DNA of 64,000 bases from the NCBI GenBank assembly GCA_973895155.1, contig OZ316897.1:15065375-15129374 (forward strand). Direction: 5' to 3'. The DNA comes from Marsupella aquatica. Lineage: Eukaryota > Plantae > Marchantiophyta. A program made the translations under genes and the position numbers. The stretch's first letter is position 1. Each line of letters opens with the position of its first letter. Shown here piece by piece: positions 38,104 through 50,859 of this stretch. The notes beneath the pieces were generated by a model. The model did no database searches. It was not told the DNA's origin and saw only the letters and a list, made by a program, of their open reading frames with translations.

Positions 38104-39879
38104 TCACTTTTGTTTGAGCTTCTCGTTGCTGCTTGTTGTGATTGTTCTTGTTGTTGTAACCAAATTCGAGCCCACCTTCCCAACGCTCCCACAACGACTT
38201 GCACCAACCCAGATCGACTTCCAGGCCACCACTTTACACGCCTGAGATGCAGCAATTCAGTTGAGCCGTATGCTCAATTGAGTATGGGACCAATATCTCA
38301 ATATCTGGTTGTGCCCAGTGGAGGAGCGGTGAAGTACGAGTTTTTGTTTGTCACATGCACATGACAACTCGTTTCAGTATGTTTGAATTCAGCGAAGTTA
38401 CAGTTTTGATCTTGATGAAACTGCAGTGTGAGCTGGAAATGAATCAGCCGTTAGGATGTATTCTGATTGTTGTCCTCAGGTTTTGTTTGCCCTTCCTTAC
38501 CTAGATTTTCGGAAACATTGATTGAGCTGGTTGGAATGAACGAACTCAAAGTTTTTCTTTAAACTCAAAGTTTTTCTTTAAATTTTCCTGAAGTATCGAG
38601 ATTTTGGGCTCGTATGACGAAAAGGAATGGAAAGAAACGGGCGAGGACATGAACATGGTAAGCTGGACGGACAGTGTTACAGCTGTGAATATGGTTAAAT
38701 CTTGTTCCAGTGTAAAAGTCGTATTTCAACCATGGATGGGATCATGGTAGATCTGAGTTATGGTTCGCACAAAACTTGTCCAATTCTGTTTTGGCTGGAC
38801 AAGGTTTGGGGAGTCAGATTAGTACCGTTTGTGTAGTGAACTGGGCTAGTGAACTGGGCCAGATCTGAAAATGCAACAGTACTGTATTTACTCGGTGGTT
38901 TTGTGAACAGGACGCTGCTCTGTCAATTGCTTAACGGTAGCATGTCCAGACTGAGTGCCCGTCAAGTTCCATGCATTGTTGTTTCCGTTGACCACGGCAA
39001 TGTGGTGGTTTCAACCTAACCTTTTCTATTACAGTGTCTCAAATTTGAACTAAAGCGATCATGGTCAACCTTGTTTAATGAGGGAAAGCTTTTCGGTGAG
39101 TAGACCAAGATTTTGAATGGCATCGCAAGGCAAAATGATAATCCAGACTTTTGGAAGATCAACGAGAAATTAAAATCTCGGCTCAGTCCTTATACTCTAG
39201 AATTTCAATCGTAAGAGGGATTTGACAGTGGAACTTAGAGCGCAATTGGTTCTCCTTAGTGCATAGTTATAGTTATTTTTTGGAGCTTCAGTTAAAGACC
39301 GGAAGTTTCCTGCCAAGCGCAAGTGTGGAACCAGTCGAAAACATTAACCAAAGACTGGCACAATTATTAAATATTTTATCTGATCCTTAACGGATGAAAT
39401 CAGTCAACTACCCAAAAACGGGAGAAGACAATTTCGAAGACGCCCCTCTTACCTTTGGCCCTTGTTGTTGGTAGACCGTGTTAGATTCACAATTGACCAG
39501 AAATGTGGAAATCTGTTCTTTGACATGTGGATTGTGTATGAGCCTCCGAATTGAGCGACCCTCTACTTGTGTGCAAGATCTTGCGCTACCTTATAGAAAG
39601 AAATGCCACGAGGACGTAAACTCATCGACTCTTGAGTTGACGGGCGCAGTCAAATAGTTGTTTGCCGCTCTACGAACCATTTTCGGGCTTCAGTGCAAAG
39701 CAACCAACTGCGAAAGACAGAGTTAATGGAAAATTCCTCCGCTTCAGGAAACACGCGCCACGCAGATTCGACTCAATTCTAAAGTTCCACCGGGCACTTC
39801 AACTCATCCCAAACTGATACAGCACCCGACACACTTGCATACATTCCTGTGTCATGCTTCTTGAATACTTACACACTCT

Positions 39880-41090
39880 TTCCATCTCCCTCACAGAAAA
39901 GAGAAAAAGTGCAGTTCTATCTTCACAACGACCAACTCTATGTTGATTGATAGCGGACCACGTTACTAGAAAATTGCAATGGACAGCCGACACTTTACTG
40001 TGGATAGTGAGTGACAAGCTGCCCATGGCAACTTTGCGGCAATGTGATTCACCATAAATTCACCCAGGATACACACTCTTTCCATTGTCTTTGCCCACCC
40101 AGATCTAACACATGGAAGTCGTGCTTGTCGGTGCTCCCGTCTTAAGGCCGACGCAAGTTCTTCACATCTCCCTCACGGAATGGAGAAAAAGTTCTATCTT
40201 CACAACGACCAACTTTATGTTGAGTAATAGCGACCTCCCTGCCGAGTGATAGCGAACCACATTACCACAAAGTTGCCATGGACAGCCGACACTTAATGTG
40301 AATAATGAGTGACAAGCTGCCCATGGAAACGTTGCGGCAATGTGATTCCACATAAATTCGTCCAGGATGCACGGAAGCAAGTAGTCCAACAAGGCTTTAG
40401 CGAACCACATTACCACGAAGTTGCCATGGACAGCGACACTTAATGTGTATAGTGAGTGACAAGCTGCCCATGGAAACTTTGCGGCAATGTGATACAACAT
40501 AAAATTCAACCACGATGCACGGAAGCAGGCTGTCCAACAAGGAAAACGTTCTAATGAATATGAATCTTGTAGAAGAAACCTAGCAACACACAACAAGGTT
40601 CTTCACATCTCCCTCACGGCATGGAGAAAAACTGCACTTCTATCTTTACGACGACCAACTCTATACTGGGTGATAGAGAACCACATTACTCCAAGGTTGT
40701 CATTGCAAGCTAACACTTTACTGTGGACAGTGAGTGACAAGCTGCCAATGACAACTTTGGGGCAATGTGATTCCAATCAATTCATCGAAAAGTGCACGGA
40801 AACAGGTTGTCCAACAAAGGAAACCCTCACGGCATTGGAGAAAAACTGCACTTCTATCTTTACAACGACCAACTCTATATTGAGTGATAGCGAACCACAT
40901 TACTCCAAGGTTGTCATTGCAAGCTAACACTTTACTGTGAACAGTGAGTGACAAGCTGCCAATGACAACTTTGGGGCAATGTGATTCCAATCAATTCATC
41001 GAGGATGCACGGAAGCAGGTTGTCCAACAAAGGAAACGTACGAATAGATATGAACCTTGTAAAAGAAAACTAGCAACACACAACAAGTCA
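39880..41090. repeat. Complex tandem array of ~180-230 bp units (5 copies)
   Basis: The core 'gagtgacaagctgcc.atg..aac.ttg.ggcaatgtgat' occurs at about 40009, 40307, 40455, 40732 and 40946. Copies 4 and 5 are nearly identical. Confidence 0.88.
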
Positions 41091-41382
41091 TCCGTTCAAT
41101 AACGTGGCGAGATCCTTGATTGAACTAAAAATGGCGCAACTGCATCACTTGTTTCTGCAATTACTATAATACCGATAGGCAACTAGTTATCAAGTGACAC
41201 CAACTCTAGAAAAAGACCGTCAGGAACCGAAACAACCCAGTACACAGATTGTAAGCGAATTAACAGCAGCAGAATGAACCAATTTCAAGCACGCATCGGC
41301 CAGAATCAGGTAGCATGAGCGTGCAACCGAGACTCCAGGACTGTGTAATGTGCTTCCCCTTTCCGTCCTCGAGCAGAAAGTG

Positions 41383-41718
41383 AGAAATTCCTCGTTCAGT
41401 GGACCCGAAGGCACTCAACGAGGGCAAAGGCTTTACTCAACCGAATGTGAGAAACCAAACTACCCGGAATTCTAATCACAAACAACAATTGGGAGAAATT
41501 CTTGGGAGAAATTCCTAGTTCAGTGGACCCGAAGGAACTCAACGAGGGCAAAGGCTTTACTCAACCAAATGTCCAAACGACCCGGAATTCTAATCACAAA
41601 CAACAATTGGGAGAAGTTCCTAGTTCAGTGGACCCGAAGGCACCCCACAAGGGCAAACGCCTTACTCAACCAAATGTGAGAAATCAGCGACCCAGAATTC
41701 TAGTCAAAAACAACACTT
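41383..41718 (+). repeat. ~110 bp tandem array (3 copies) that reads as a peptide repeat
   Basis: 'gttcagtggacccgaagg.ac.c.ac.agggcaaa.gc.ttactcaacc.aatgt' x3, translating as E(I/V)P.SVDPK....GK..TQPNV...RNSNHKQQLG with a frameshifting duplication at about 41490. Confidence 0.85.
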
Positions 41719-43151
41719 AGGAGGCAATGATATCGAACAAACTGACCATTGAAGACAGTCAGGTGCTCTCTACCAAAGGGGAAGGGAATATTGCCGTCAG
41801 GAAAGGCAAGGGAAAGCTGCGAAAGCGGTAGAGTGGAGCCCATCAGCGAAGAGAATGAAAAAGGTGGGGAATCCAGTGTATAATTATGGGCGGAGCACAA
41901 TGGCAAATTTGACACAGCAAGACTCACTTATGGGCCAATGTTAAGGGCTTGCAACCTGCCATCAGGCCTCGTTGGTGACCTTCTTACGAAATAAGCAGCG
42001 AAATGTATGGCGACCTTAGCTTCTGTAGAAGCTTAATGCCTTTGTGAATTTTCTCTTCGTAATTATCTCCTTCTAGAAGAATGCCACCTGGAGATTCGGA
42101 TTCGAGAAGTATGAGAGTGACATTTGATTCGATATTATTTTATGATACTCTATAAATAATTAAAACATAAATCTCTTGGCCCTTTATGATGGATTTATGA
42201 TGTATGAATTCTCTAATACAATGGCGCCTCTGAATTTGAGCTATAGTCCTCATTTTGGGCCTATAATACCCAGTTACCAGGGGTAACTATATACTTCACG
42301 CCCTTGATGATTTGTCTCTTTGAAATTTTCAGGGCAATATTGGAGAAAATGCAATACAAGATTTGGATCAACTCCTCATGAATATATTTTACTAAAATTT
42401 GTAAAACTAAAATAGAGTAGGGCCTTAAGTATATTAAGTTCCTGTTACGATAGCATTATGGGCTTTACTTTATATGAAGTGCGTTCAATGATTTTTTTCT
42501 TTGCAAAGTCCAGATTTAGATAGGGGCAATATTAAGCTTCCCCTCTAGTTTTACTAAAATTACTAAACATAAAAATCTCTTAGGATTAAGTGTATGCATC
42601 CCTTCTTACAAGATCATTACTCTATACATCAAGACTCTCACCCAGTCATATTCCTGTTGCTTCCTATGGTTGGGAGCCAGAGCAGAGCAGATCGGGTTTA
42701 AATCCAATCCCCTAACCCTCTCTCTCCTTGCCACTCCTCCTGTTGAGGAAAGAAAAGACAAAAATCAGATGCAAGGTGTTGTCAATGTAGAATGTGTTGT
42801 TTGACACAAAAGATTATGGACAAAAGGTATTGGGAACCAATGTGCTGGAAAGTAAAATAACCTTGGGGGGACTCAGGCAAAAAGAAAACTCCATGCAAAC
42901 AGAAAAATATATACTTCTGATAATAGTAAAGAAATTTAAATGGGACTCTGGTCGCCATTCCAAATGAGACTCTGGTCGCCAGATCCAATGGTATCCCTTG
43001 AATCTGGGAAGATCTAACAATTAAAATGAGACATGTCAAACCATACCTCCCATTGTCATAAGTGATTTGCCCTGTTATAACACTCCCACCAGCCTGCCAA
43101 AGAGAATACCAGAGAGAGTTTAATGCAGGCTTTGCTCAAAAGGTCTCCCAC

Positions 43152-45390
43152 CACTACTAGAAATAGGGGTGGATTATGACCACATGTCTTAGGACTTGAG
43201 TGACCCGAGTTTAAATAAGTGACTCCAAATGATATGGAGTCACTTTGATGACTTCACAAATGACTAATGGAGTAGAAACATCTCTTAGTCAATAAGAATG
43301 ACTCTGCCCATGATCCATCAAGCAATCTTCCTCTGCGTGGGGGCCATCAATTGGCAAGGGAGCAAAAACTACCCAGGCAACCAAACAAAGAGGGGTAGTG
43401 CGCCCAGAAACGGAACAAAGAAATGCTAGTCAAGCCAAGGGACCCTATAACCCCACCTGAGTTGGACAATATTAAAACCCCTACAATGAGTACTCGTAGT
43501 CTGTTTGTTTCTATGAGTGGTCCTAGGCTGTTTGTTTCAATGAGTGGTGTAAAATCTTTGCCTGATCCCGATGTGAATTATGTTGTCCTTACTAGTGTTC
43601 ATGTCATTCCAGCCAATAAGCTTATAGTCCAAGACGTAAGAGTACCTAACACGAAATTATACTAATTGCTCTTCTCATTGACATAGTCTGAAAAATGGCC
43701 CTGACCATAGTGGTTCATCAGCCCCGGGTTGGAATAGTTGTCACTCATCAGCATCATCGGAATTCAAAGCAAGAGGGCTCTTTGATATTCTCCCGCGGTC
43801 CAAGTGCATCCTGGAGTTGTGCAATCGCCCCCCCAAGTTATTTCCTTTTCCTCTCAGAATGACAGACATCCATCATCATACTCAGGTGGGTTTCCATGCT
43901 GCACAAGACAACCCATCCGGGTAAGCGCCCCAAGAACTGAGAGTACGCCGGTTGCTTTGTTTTTCTCTTTCCATATACTAGAGCACATCTCCATGAGCAT
44001 CATGACCGGTCCGGGCTTCCTTTAATTGTGCATTTTCAGAGCCACAATGATCGCTTCATACAATGTTCCCATCGGTGTCATCAGTGTGTCAACATGATGC
44101 ACCAGTTGCTTAACTTCTCTCCACCTAGCAGTGACAGTGGCGAAGGTGAAAAACAAGTGTTCAGTGTACTCTACTTCACCCTAAAATTAAGAAGCCTTTC
44201 TCAGAGTAGGATCATTTTCTGCTCAAGAACAAATCAACTGTGCTAAGTGTGGCTTCCATGAAATTCCTATCTATTCCTCAACACATGTGTCTCCTACAAA
44301 TGTGCGTAGTATTTTCTTCTCTTGGCCAGTGGGGTTCTTCAGGTTGCAGTCTTGACAGATTTTCTGCCGTAATTGAAATGCTCATGTGTTGAATGTTGCC
44401 CCCCACAAACACGGTTGCTGGTGTGTACAAATCACGACAACACTTTGGACCCATTTTGCGAGCCCAAATTCTTTGCAAACAACAAAGGAAACAAATTAGG
44501 AAAACTCTTGTTACAAAAGGAAGGACCGATGATCACCGCATAGCTTACAAAGCAATAGGGTTTCTGTCCAATGTTGTCATGAGGTTTTCATCCCCAGGAA
44601 GGAACCCTCATGTGGTTCAAATGCAACTACTGGTGCAAAATTATGGATTTAAATCAATTAATTAAGGCAATAGTGGATCAAATTGCAGGTTGTCAACATC
44701 CATATCTTTCTTGTTGCTTAATCAAATCCTGTTTTGTAAAATGCATTAGAAAGATCTCTTTATGGCAAGTAAATTTGGTCTAAGGACTTTAAAATTGGAT
44801 AAGTATTAAGAAAGATATAGACAGTATCATTGGACCTATGAGTCAATCCACAACAGTTTCATAGAAGTTCAAATGAGGAGAGTCATTTGTTATGACTAAT
44901 GGAGTCTGGTGTTTTACAACAAGGTGAATCTTTTGTAATTACTAGTGGAGTCATTGTTATGACTAGTGAAGTGACTTTATACAAGAAGGTGAGTCACTGT
45001 ATTGACTAGCCAAGTCAATTTTTTACAAGAAGGTGAGTCATTTTGTAAGACTAGTGGAACCATTTGTTATGACCAGAGGAGTGGTGTTTTACAACAAGGC
45101 GAGTCATTTGTTATGACTAGTGGAGTGAATTGTTATGACCATGGCAGGCATAATTTGTTACAAGAAGGTGAGTCAGTTGGTAACGAAGTTATTTGTTACG
45201 ACTTTGGAAGTGCAAAGTGTAATTGAACATTACTTATGCAAGAGTCATTTAAATTTATGACTTGTTTTCAGTTGAGTGGCAAGACTTATAACTTGAGCCT
45301 TAGAAATGACTCAAGTGAAAGGAAGCCATAATTGAGTCATATATAAGCTAGTCTTAACTGAGGTCATCTTGGGAGTCGTTTCTACTAGTG
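43152..45390. mobile_element. Non-autonomous CACTA (En/Spm) DNA transposon, 2239 bp
   Basis: Left terminus CACTACTAGAAA (43152). Right terminus TTTCTACTAGTG (ends 45390; reverse complement CACTAGTAGAAA). Perfect 3 bp target duplication CAC on both sides (43149-43151, 45391-45393). Subterminal 'gagtcat/atgact' repeats at 43170-43310 and 44870-45350. No intact transposase ORF. Confidence 0.9.
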
Positions 45391-46629
45391 CACCATTCCC
45401 TTTTATCGCAAACACAACAACCCAGCCCTGACTTTCCCCACTCTACTCTGGCACTCCTACACAGAACAAGTGGGTCAGATGAGGCCCTTGAACTGATCGC
45501 TATCCTGCCTGAACATTCCAAGATTGGATGTGAGCCCATTGATCCCACAGCTGCAAATGGTCATGGGCAAATTCAAATGTGTACATTGGTTTTGAACATG
45601 CAGACCAATGGGCTTCACTCTGGAGGCAAGACTTAATTTGAGACTTAACTCGAACATCCACACACCTTTTCCCACTTGGCTAAACCTTCAAATGATGGGG
45701 TGGTTTGGTGTGCACTACAGTGAATGCTCTTAACCTACTTGGTCCCACACAAAAAAATTAAAAAAAATCAAGTGAGAGCCCTCCATAAGAAAAACTCTTC
45801 TCCAGTACTCTATATTACCATTTTGCTAATCTGGTCTAGAATTTTAAGAATTCTTATTTATTGCTAAAACTGGTTTGACACTAAGTAAAAAAAAATGGTA
45901 TTGTCACACAACTGAAGGTATTTACTCATACAGAGTAGCCAACCTAGTGACCACTGGAGATGGTCTAAAGGAGATTTTACAAGAATAATGAGGTCCATCT
46001 TTTTTGTGTGTATCTGAGATGCAAGCGTCCATTCAAATGTGGGAATGTCAGTCCAAACTTTACTTTGCATAAACTTGGGGGCACACGCAAAAACACTGGC
46101 AAATCCCATCCACAGCAAGAAAAGGACCAATTTTCTGGAAAGGGACAAACAAAGTACAATGGAGTAAGAGCAAAAGAGGTTTTGAGATGACCAAAACCAC
46201 ACTTAAAGAGAGCAAAGCAAATTCCAAAATTAAACTTAACCTACTATCACTACCACTCCAGGTGTCAGTTGCACTACAGAAAGCTCAGGCAGTCACTATT
46301 CTCTATAGGGGGCCTCTACCCGAATTCCTCTTCAAGACCCTTCTATGCAATCAATGGACAAAGATTATTGACCTCTTTGTCTATGGAGCAAGGGCTATCC
46401 CTGCCCAAAAGTGATGCCCCTCATCCTGCCCTCTCTAAAAAAATTAAATAGCTTATAATTGTCCTCTGACTGGTTGACGAAGAGTAGCAACCTTTTCATC
46501 ATAGCCTTGACAATTTTGCTGTTTTGATACCCCCTCCCTAGTATGAAGAACATTTGTAATAGAGACACACATTTTGATTAGCTTGCCTCACAAGGAATGA
46601 CCCAAATTAACTCGACTATAATTGGGGCC

Positions 46630-46840
46630 ACACGACATCTTTTTCTCTAAAAGACATCTTGGGTGACCAGACCTCTGTTTTTAAATGACATCTTGGGCAA
46701 CATCTTTTTTGGGCGACACCACAACTTTTTCTTCACAACATTTTGGGTGACACAACATCTTTTTCCTTAATGACATCTTGGGGAACATGATATATATTTT
46801 TTCACAACATCTTTTGTGCAAGGCACGAGTATTGAGGTAG
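46630..46840 (+). mobile_element. Helitron-like 3' fragment, same family as the element at 7432
   Basis: Reverse-complement match to 7432-7700: 'gacatcttggg' ~40 bp repeats, then TTGTGCAAGGCACGA, 8 nt, GTAG-T (degenerate hairpin and CTAG). Confidence 0.6.
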
Positions 46841-47606
46841 TATTACATATTACTCTCAACTTGCTTTAAATCCTTGCAATTTTTAAATCCAAGACTACGG
46901 TATAGAAATACTGCAAAGAACAAAAGGCTTCACAAAAGGGAGAAAGGATCCTAAAGGCAAAGAAACTCAATAAAGGGGGACTGGATCCCAAAGGCAAGAT
47001 ACTCAATAAAGGGGGAAAAACAAAAGAAAAAATCTAGGAAGGGTGCAGAGCCAAAAAGCCCAAGATTCCCAAACAAAGGCCAAAGAGCAGTGACAAGAGC
47101 CGTAACAGGCTTCCAGGCTAGTAGGTTAACAGATGCTTAAAACATTCCTAAATAAGTTTTTTCTGCTCTCAACAACTCTAGAACTCTCCAAAATTTTGTC
47201 TCTTGGACCTGAAATTCTAAATAAATACTGTATTATATGTATCTACAGTAGTGGGGCATTCTGTTGCTTGCTGCTTCATTGATTCTCATTCTCTCTGTGT
47301 CTCAAGCTATTCCTGCTCGCACATTCTTTCCGTGTCAAGCTTCCAGAGGTGGCTCATAATTGCTTAAAGAGATTGCCGATGCTCCAAAAGTCTAGTCTAC
47401 TCTTCCACTCTCTTGCCTGCTGCTCATTTCTTGCATTCATGCCATTTAGTTTCATTGTCTGCCTGTCTCATGTTTCTTGCAAAGAGGGGTTGCCAAGAGT
47501 CTATTGAACATATCGATTGTCGTCTCTAAGCGCAATCTGCGCCTTGTTGACTGTGAATTCGTGGGATAGACTGTGCTGTGCTGTGATTGACAATCTTGTC
47601 GTTCAG

Positions 47607-48374
47607 ATGGCCACGGTAATAGCAGCACCCACAATGCTGTTCAGGCAGCTGTTTGAGAAGGAATCGTCCACCTACACATACCTTCTGGCTGACTTGTCCC
47701 ACCCAGACAAGCCCTCGGTGCTCGTGGATCCGGTGGACCGGACCGTGGATCGAGATTTGCTCCTCGTGAAAGAGCTGGGTTTGAGGCTGAACTACGTTGT
47801 GAACACGCATGTCCATGCTGATCACATCACGGGGACGGGTCTGCTGAAGAAAAGGTTGCCCGGGGTCAAATCTGTCATCTCTAAAGCGAGTGGTGCTCAG
47901 GCCGATGTGCATGTGGAGCAGTGGGACAAGGTGAGGTTCGGCAGCTTGTTTCTGGAGGTGAGATCCACACCAGGGCATACTTTGGGTTGTGTGACGTATG
48001 TCACAGGGGAGAGCCCTGATCAGGTCTTTCCTCGCTTGGCCTTCACAGGGGATGCACTTTTGATTCGGGGGTGTGGGAGGACTGATTTCCAAGGTGGAGA
48101 CCCGGAGATGCTTTACAATTCCGTGCACTCGCAGATCTTCTCCCTCCCTTCAGAAACTCTTGTGTACCCTGCGCATGACTACAAAGGGCAGACGGTCTCC
48201 ACTGTGGGAGAAGAGAAGTTGTACAACCCTCGGCTGTCGAAAGACCTTGCCACGTTCAAGACCATCATGGGCAACCTCAATTTGGCTTTCCCGAAAATGA
48301 TAGAAAAAGCAGTGCCTGCGAATTTGATGTGTGGGGTCCAAGACGAGGTGTTAGAGGCAGGCGGGTCAGCTTAA
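47607..48374 (+). CDS. ETHE1: Persulfide (sulfur) dioxygenase ETHE1, metallo-beta-lactamase fold; coding region intronless
   Basis: The track ORF starts at TTG 47517; the first ATG is at 47607, directly after a CAG acceptor-like site. Motifs [72 protein letters not shown] and AVPAN..CG match plant ETHE1 (GLX2-3). Confidence 0.95.
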   Translation: MATVIAAPTMLFRQLFEKESSTYTYLLADLSHPDKPSVLVDPVDRTVDRDLLLVKELGLRLNYVVNTHVHADHITGTGLLKKRLPGVKSVISKASGAQADVHVEQWDKVRFGSLFLEVRSTPGHTLGCVTYVTGESPDQVFPRLAFTGDALLIRGCGRTDFQGGDPEMLYNSVHSQIFSLPSETLVYPAHDYKGQTVSTVGEEKLYNPRLSKDLATFKTIMGNLNLAFPKMIEKAVPANLMCGVQDEVLEAGGSA

Positions 48375-50378
48375 GCTACAGCTCCACTCAAGCCGGAAGG
48401 CTACAATTGGGGTTTCTCTGGGCTAACCCACAGTGAATGACAGGTATGTTTAGGATTCATCAACAGACTCCAGTCGGTCAGAGTGAAGGGCTGTGTGAGA
48501 AGGTCGTACTGTCCTCATCCCTGTTTACGGAATTAGGATCCACTGAACAACATTGCAATGTAGCGCCTTAGGTTTAGCTATCGGCCATCTTGAGGAAACC
48601 CTTCATTTTTGTGTAAAGCAATTATCAACTTTGAGGTTCTAGTATTTAGGATTGCCTTTTGGCAAACAGTCTGGAGTGCATCCCTCATCCGTGGGGGATT
48701 CATTTGGATAGCAGTCAAATTAAAAATTTCTGTGCATGGCGTGTGAAATTGTGCTGAGCAAATGGCTCAATCGGCAAGTCTATGAGGCACCAAAACTATA
48801 ACAGATGGGCAACACCAGCACGCTTGATGACACGCTTGCTTACCCTTATCTTTTTCAGGGTCTCTTCGTAAGATAACCATTACTAACCACAGGGGAGCTT
48901 CAGAACGTTTTGTACATAGTCGCAGGCAATTTTGCTCATTGAAAACGTTCCTCAAAGAAGAGTGGGATTGGGAGGAGCGGCCTTGACCTCAATTTGTGTC
49001 ATCTCCAATCCAGGTCGGTGCAATTACCGACTGTAAGGATTGGCCAATAATTAGTTCAAGCTATCTCCACCGCTCACTTCACCGGAGAGAGGGTAGGTGA
49101 AGTCTGTATATGTTGTAGTGGAGATAATTATGGATTCCGATCATCTCGCTAGGCTATCTCCTGTCTTGCCGACCACCTGATCTGTCTTACTTTGCTCTCG
49201 ACTATCTACATTCTTTGTGCAATATTGATTCCCCATTGGATATTTATTTTATCCATTCTTCTATGTTTGGAATCTCTGAGAGTGGCCACCTCTTCGGTAG
49301 ATTGCATCGTGATGCTGATGTCTACATGGTACTTATCAACGAGCATGGAAGCAAAAGGGTGGAATTAAATGTATTTTTCATTTTATGAGTTTCTGAGAAT
49401 GGTGATCATCTGGGGAGGGTGCGTAGTGGCGCAGATGTCTGAAGTGTACGATTCACGTTCATGGCAAAGTACTAGGACTGGAATTGCTGTGGAATGGCAA
49501 TCTCGTCCGCTTCTCTTAGCACGGTGAACACATTGTCAACGTGTAAAAGTGTTGAGTTGTCGTAAGAGGTGTATCCCAGAATGACCCTATACCAACAAAG
49601 AGTCCAGCGAGTGCTCGATCGTCACGGGCTCTTGCGAAGTTTCAATTTACCCTAAACCCTTTCTGGAATGCTTTGGGGTTGTTGGGAATGTGCCTGAAGA
49701 ATACGATGCCCTATCGACGGCGGTCAATATTCTAAACGATTGCAGGCAGATAGTTCCAAGAATTGAAGGGTCGAAAGCACGGGAACATTGATTTGACGCC
49801 GTGTTTTGCATCGTGTTCGCGTGTTGGCTCTAGATCTTGCATGCATTTACTGTAGTACTATTCAAGAGCGCTTGCATCAAAACTCAACCTTGGCCACGAG
49901 AAACTTTGGGACACTTTTCGACGAGGCTTCACAGATTAAAGCTTTTTGAGTACTGTCTTCTAAGATGAGGACAAAAACGCATCCGAATCACTAGTATTGA
50001 GATCACCGATAGAACTTGCACTTGAATAGCAAGGCAACCTTGGAAAACAGAAATGATGTCTGAAGTCGTTTTTCTGTCTGAGGAGAAAAGTCATTATGAT
50101 TTGTCACATAACTGCAGTGTATGTAGATTTCATAATACCATCTGTGTATGCGGCGAGAGTGAAAACCAGCTTCAAACCGGTAGTTTTTGTCAAGTGAAGA
50201 TGAAAGAAAACTCTTAAAAGCAGAAAAATGGTGGTCCAACTTTAGCGTACTTGGCGCGTTGATCAGTTGCAACAGCATCACGAGAGGACTTTTGCACAAT
50301 TATTATCATATCCATAGACAAACGCAAGCCCATGATTAAGGTAAGACCTACCGTATGGTATTGCGACGTCTTAGCCTC

Positions 50379-50424
50379 CAGCTGAAACAAGAAGCCTGAC
50401 TAGGCTTGTTTCAGCTGAAACAAG
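50379..50424. repeat. Short inverted triplication / palindrome
   Basis: cagctgaaacaag (50379) is followed by its reverse complement cttgtttcagctg (50405). 50405-50424 'cttgtttcagctgaaacaag' is a perfect 20 bp palindrome. Confidence 0.8.
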
Positions 50425-50859
50425 ACTCTGAGATAGAAGATATTACAGAGAAAGCCTGACTGGCAGCAACGGTACTGAAATGAACAGCAGAAATGCAGGA
50501 ATAGTTACTACCATTGCTGTAGGATAACTTCGTCACTTTCGTCACTGGCTCACATATTCACGTCAGGGTCTTGCAATTGTTGGAAATCAATCCAAGGAAT
50601 ATGGGTGCCAAGATACAGTCCAAGATGCTTACAAATATAGCAGTAAAAAACTTTACCCATATCAGGGACTGACGGACATGATGGGATCGCATTGTTTCAA
50701 AGCACCATTGTTGATCCTTTCGCAGATTAGGGTACAAGTCATCCAAAACTGTTTGAGCAAGCTATCTGACTTTCAGCGTTTTCTCAATTTCTGCAAAACA
50801 CCATGACCTGAATGGAAAAACTGTACTCCCTGCAGTCTCTTTAACTAGCCGTATGATGC

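Noticed and set aside
37940-38130. miR156/529- or miR408-like precursor near the 'tgacag' repeats
   Set aside because: No match to the mature sequences and no long fold-back was visible.
46269-46451. LINE reverse transcriptase fragment (GLYPNSSSR..AING...SMEQG)
   Set aside because: It lacks the QG.PLSP and YADD motifs and is too short to support.
47526-48128. 200-aa minus-strand ORF and similar shadow ORFs within the large genes
   Set aside because: These are antisense or alternate-frame shadows of well-supported CDSs.
49420-49470. tRNA-like A box (gtagtggcgcag)
   Set aside because: There is no proper B box, cloverleaf or acceptor stem.
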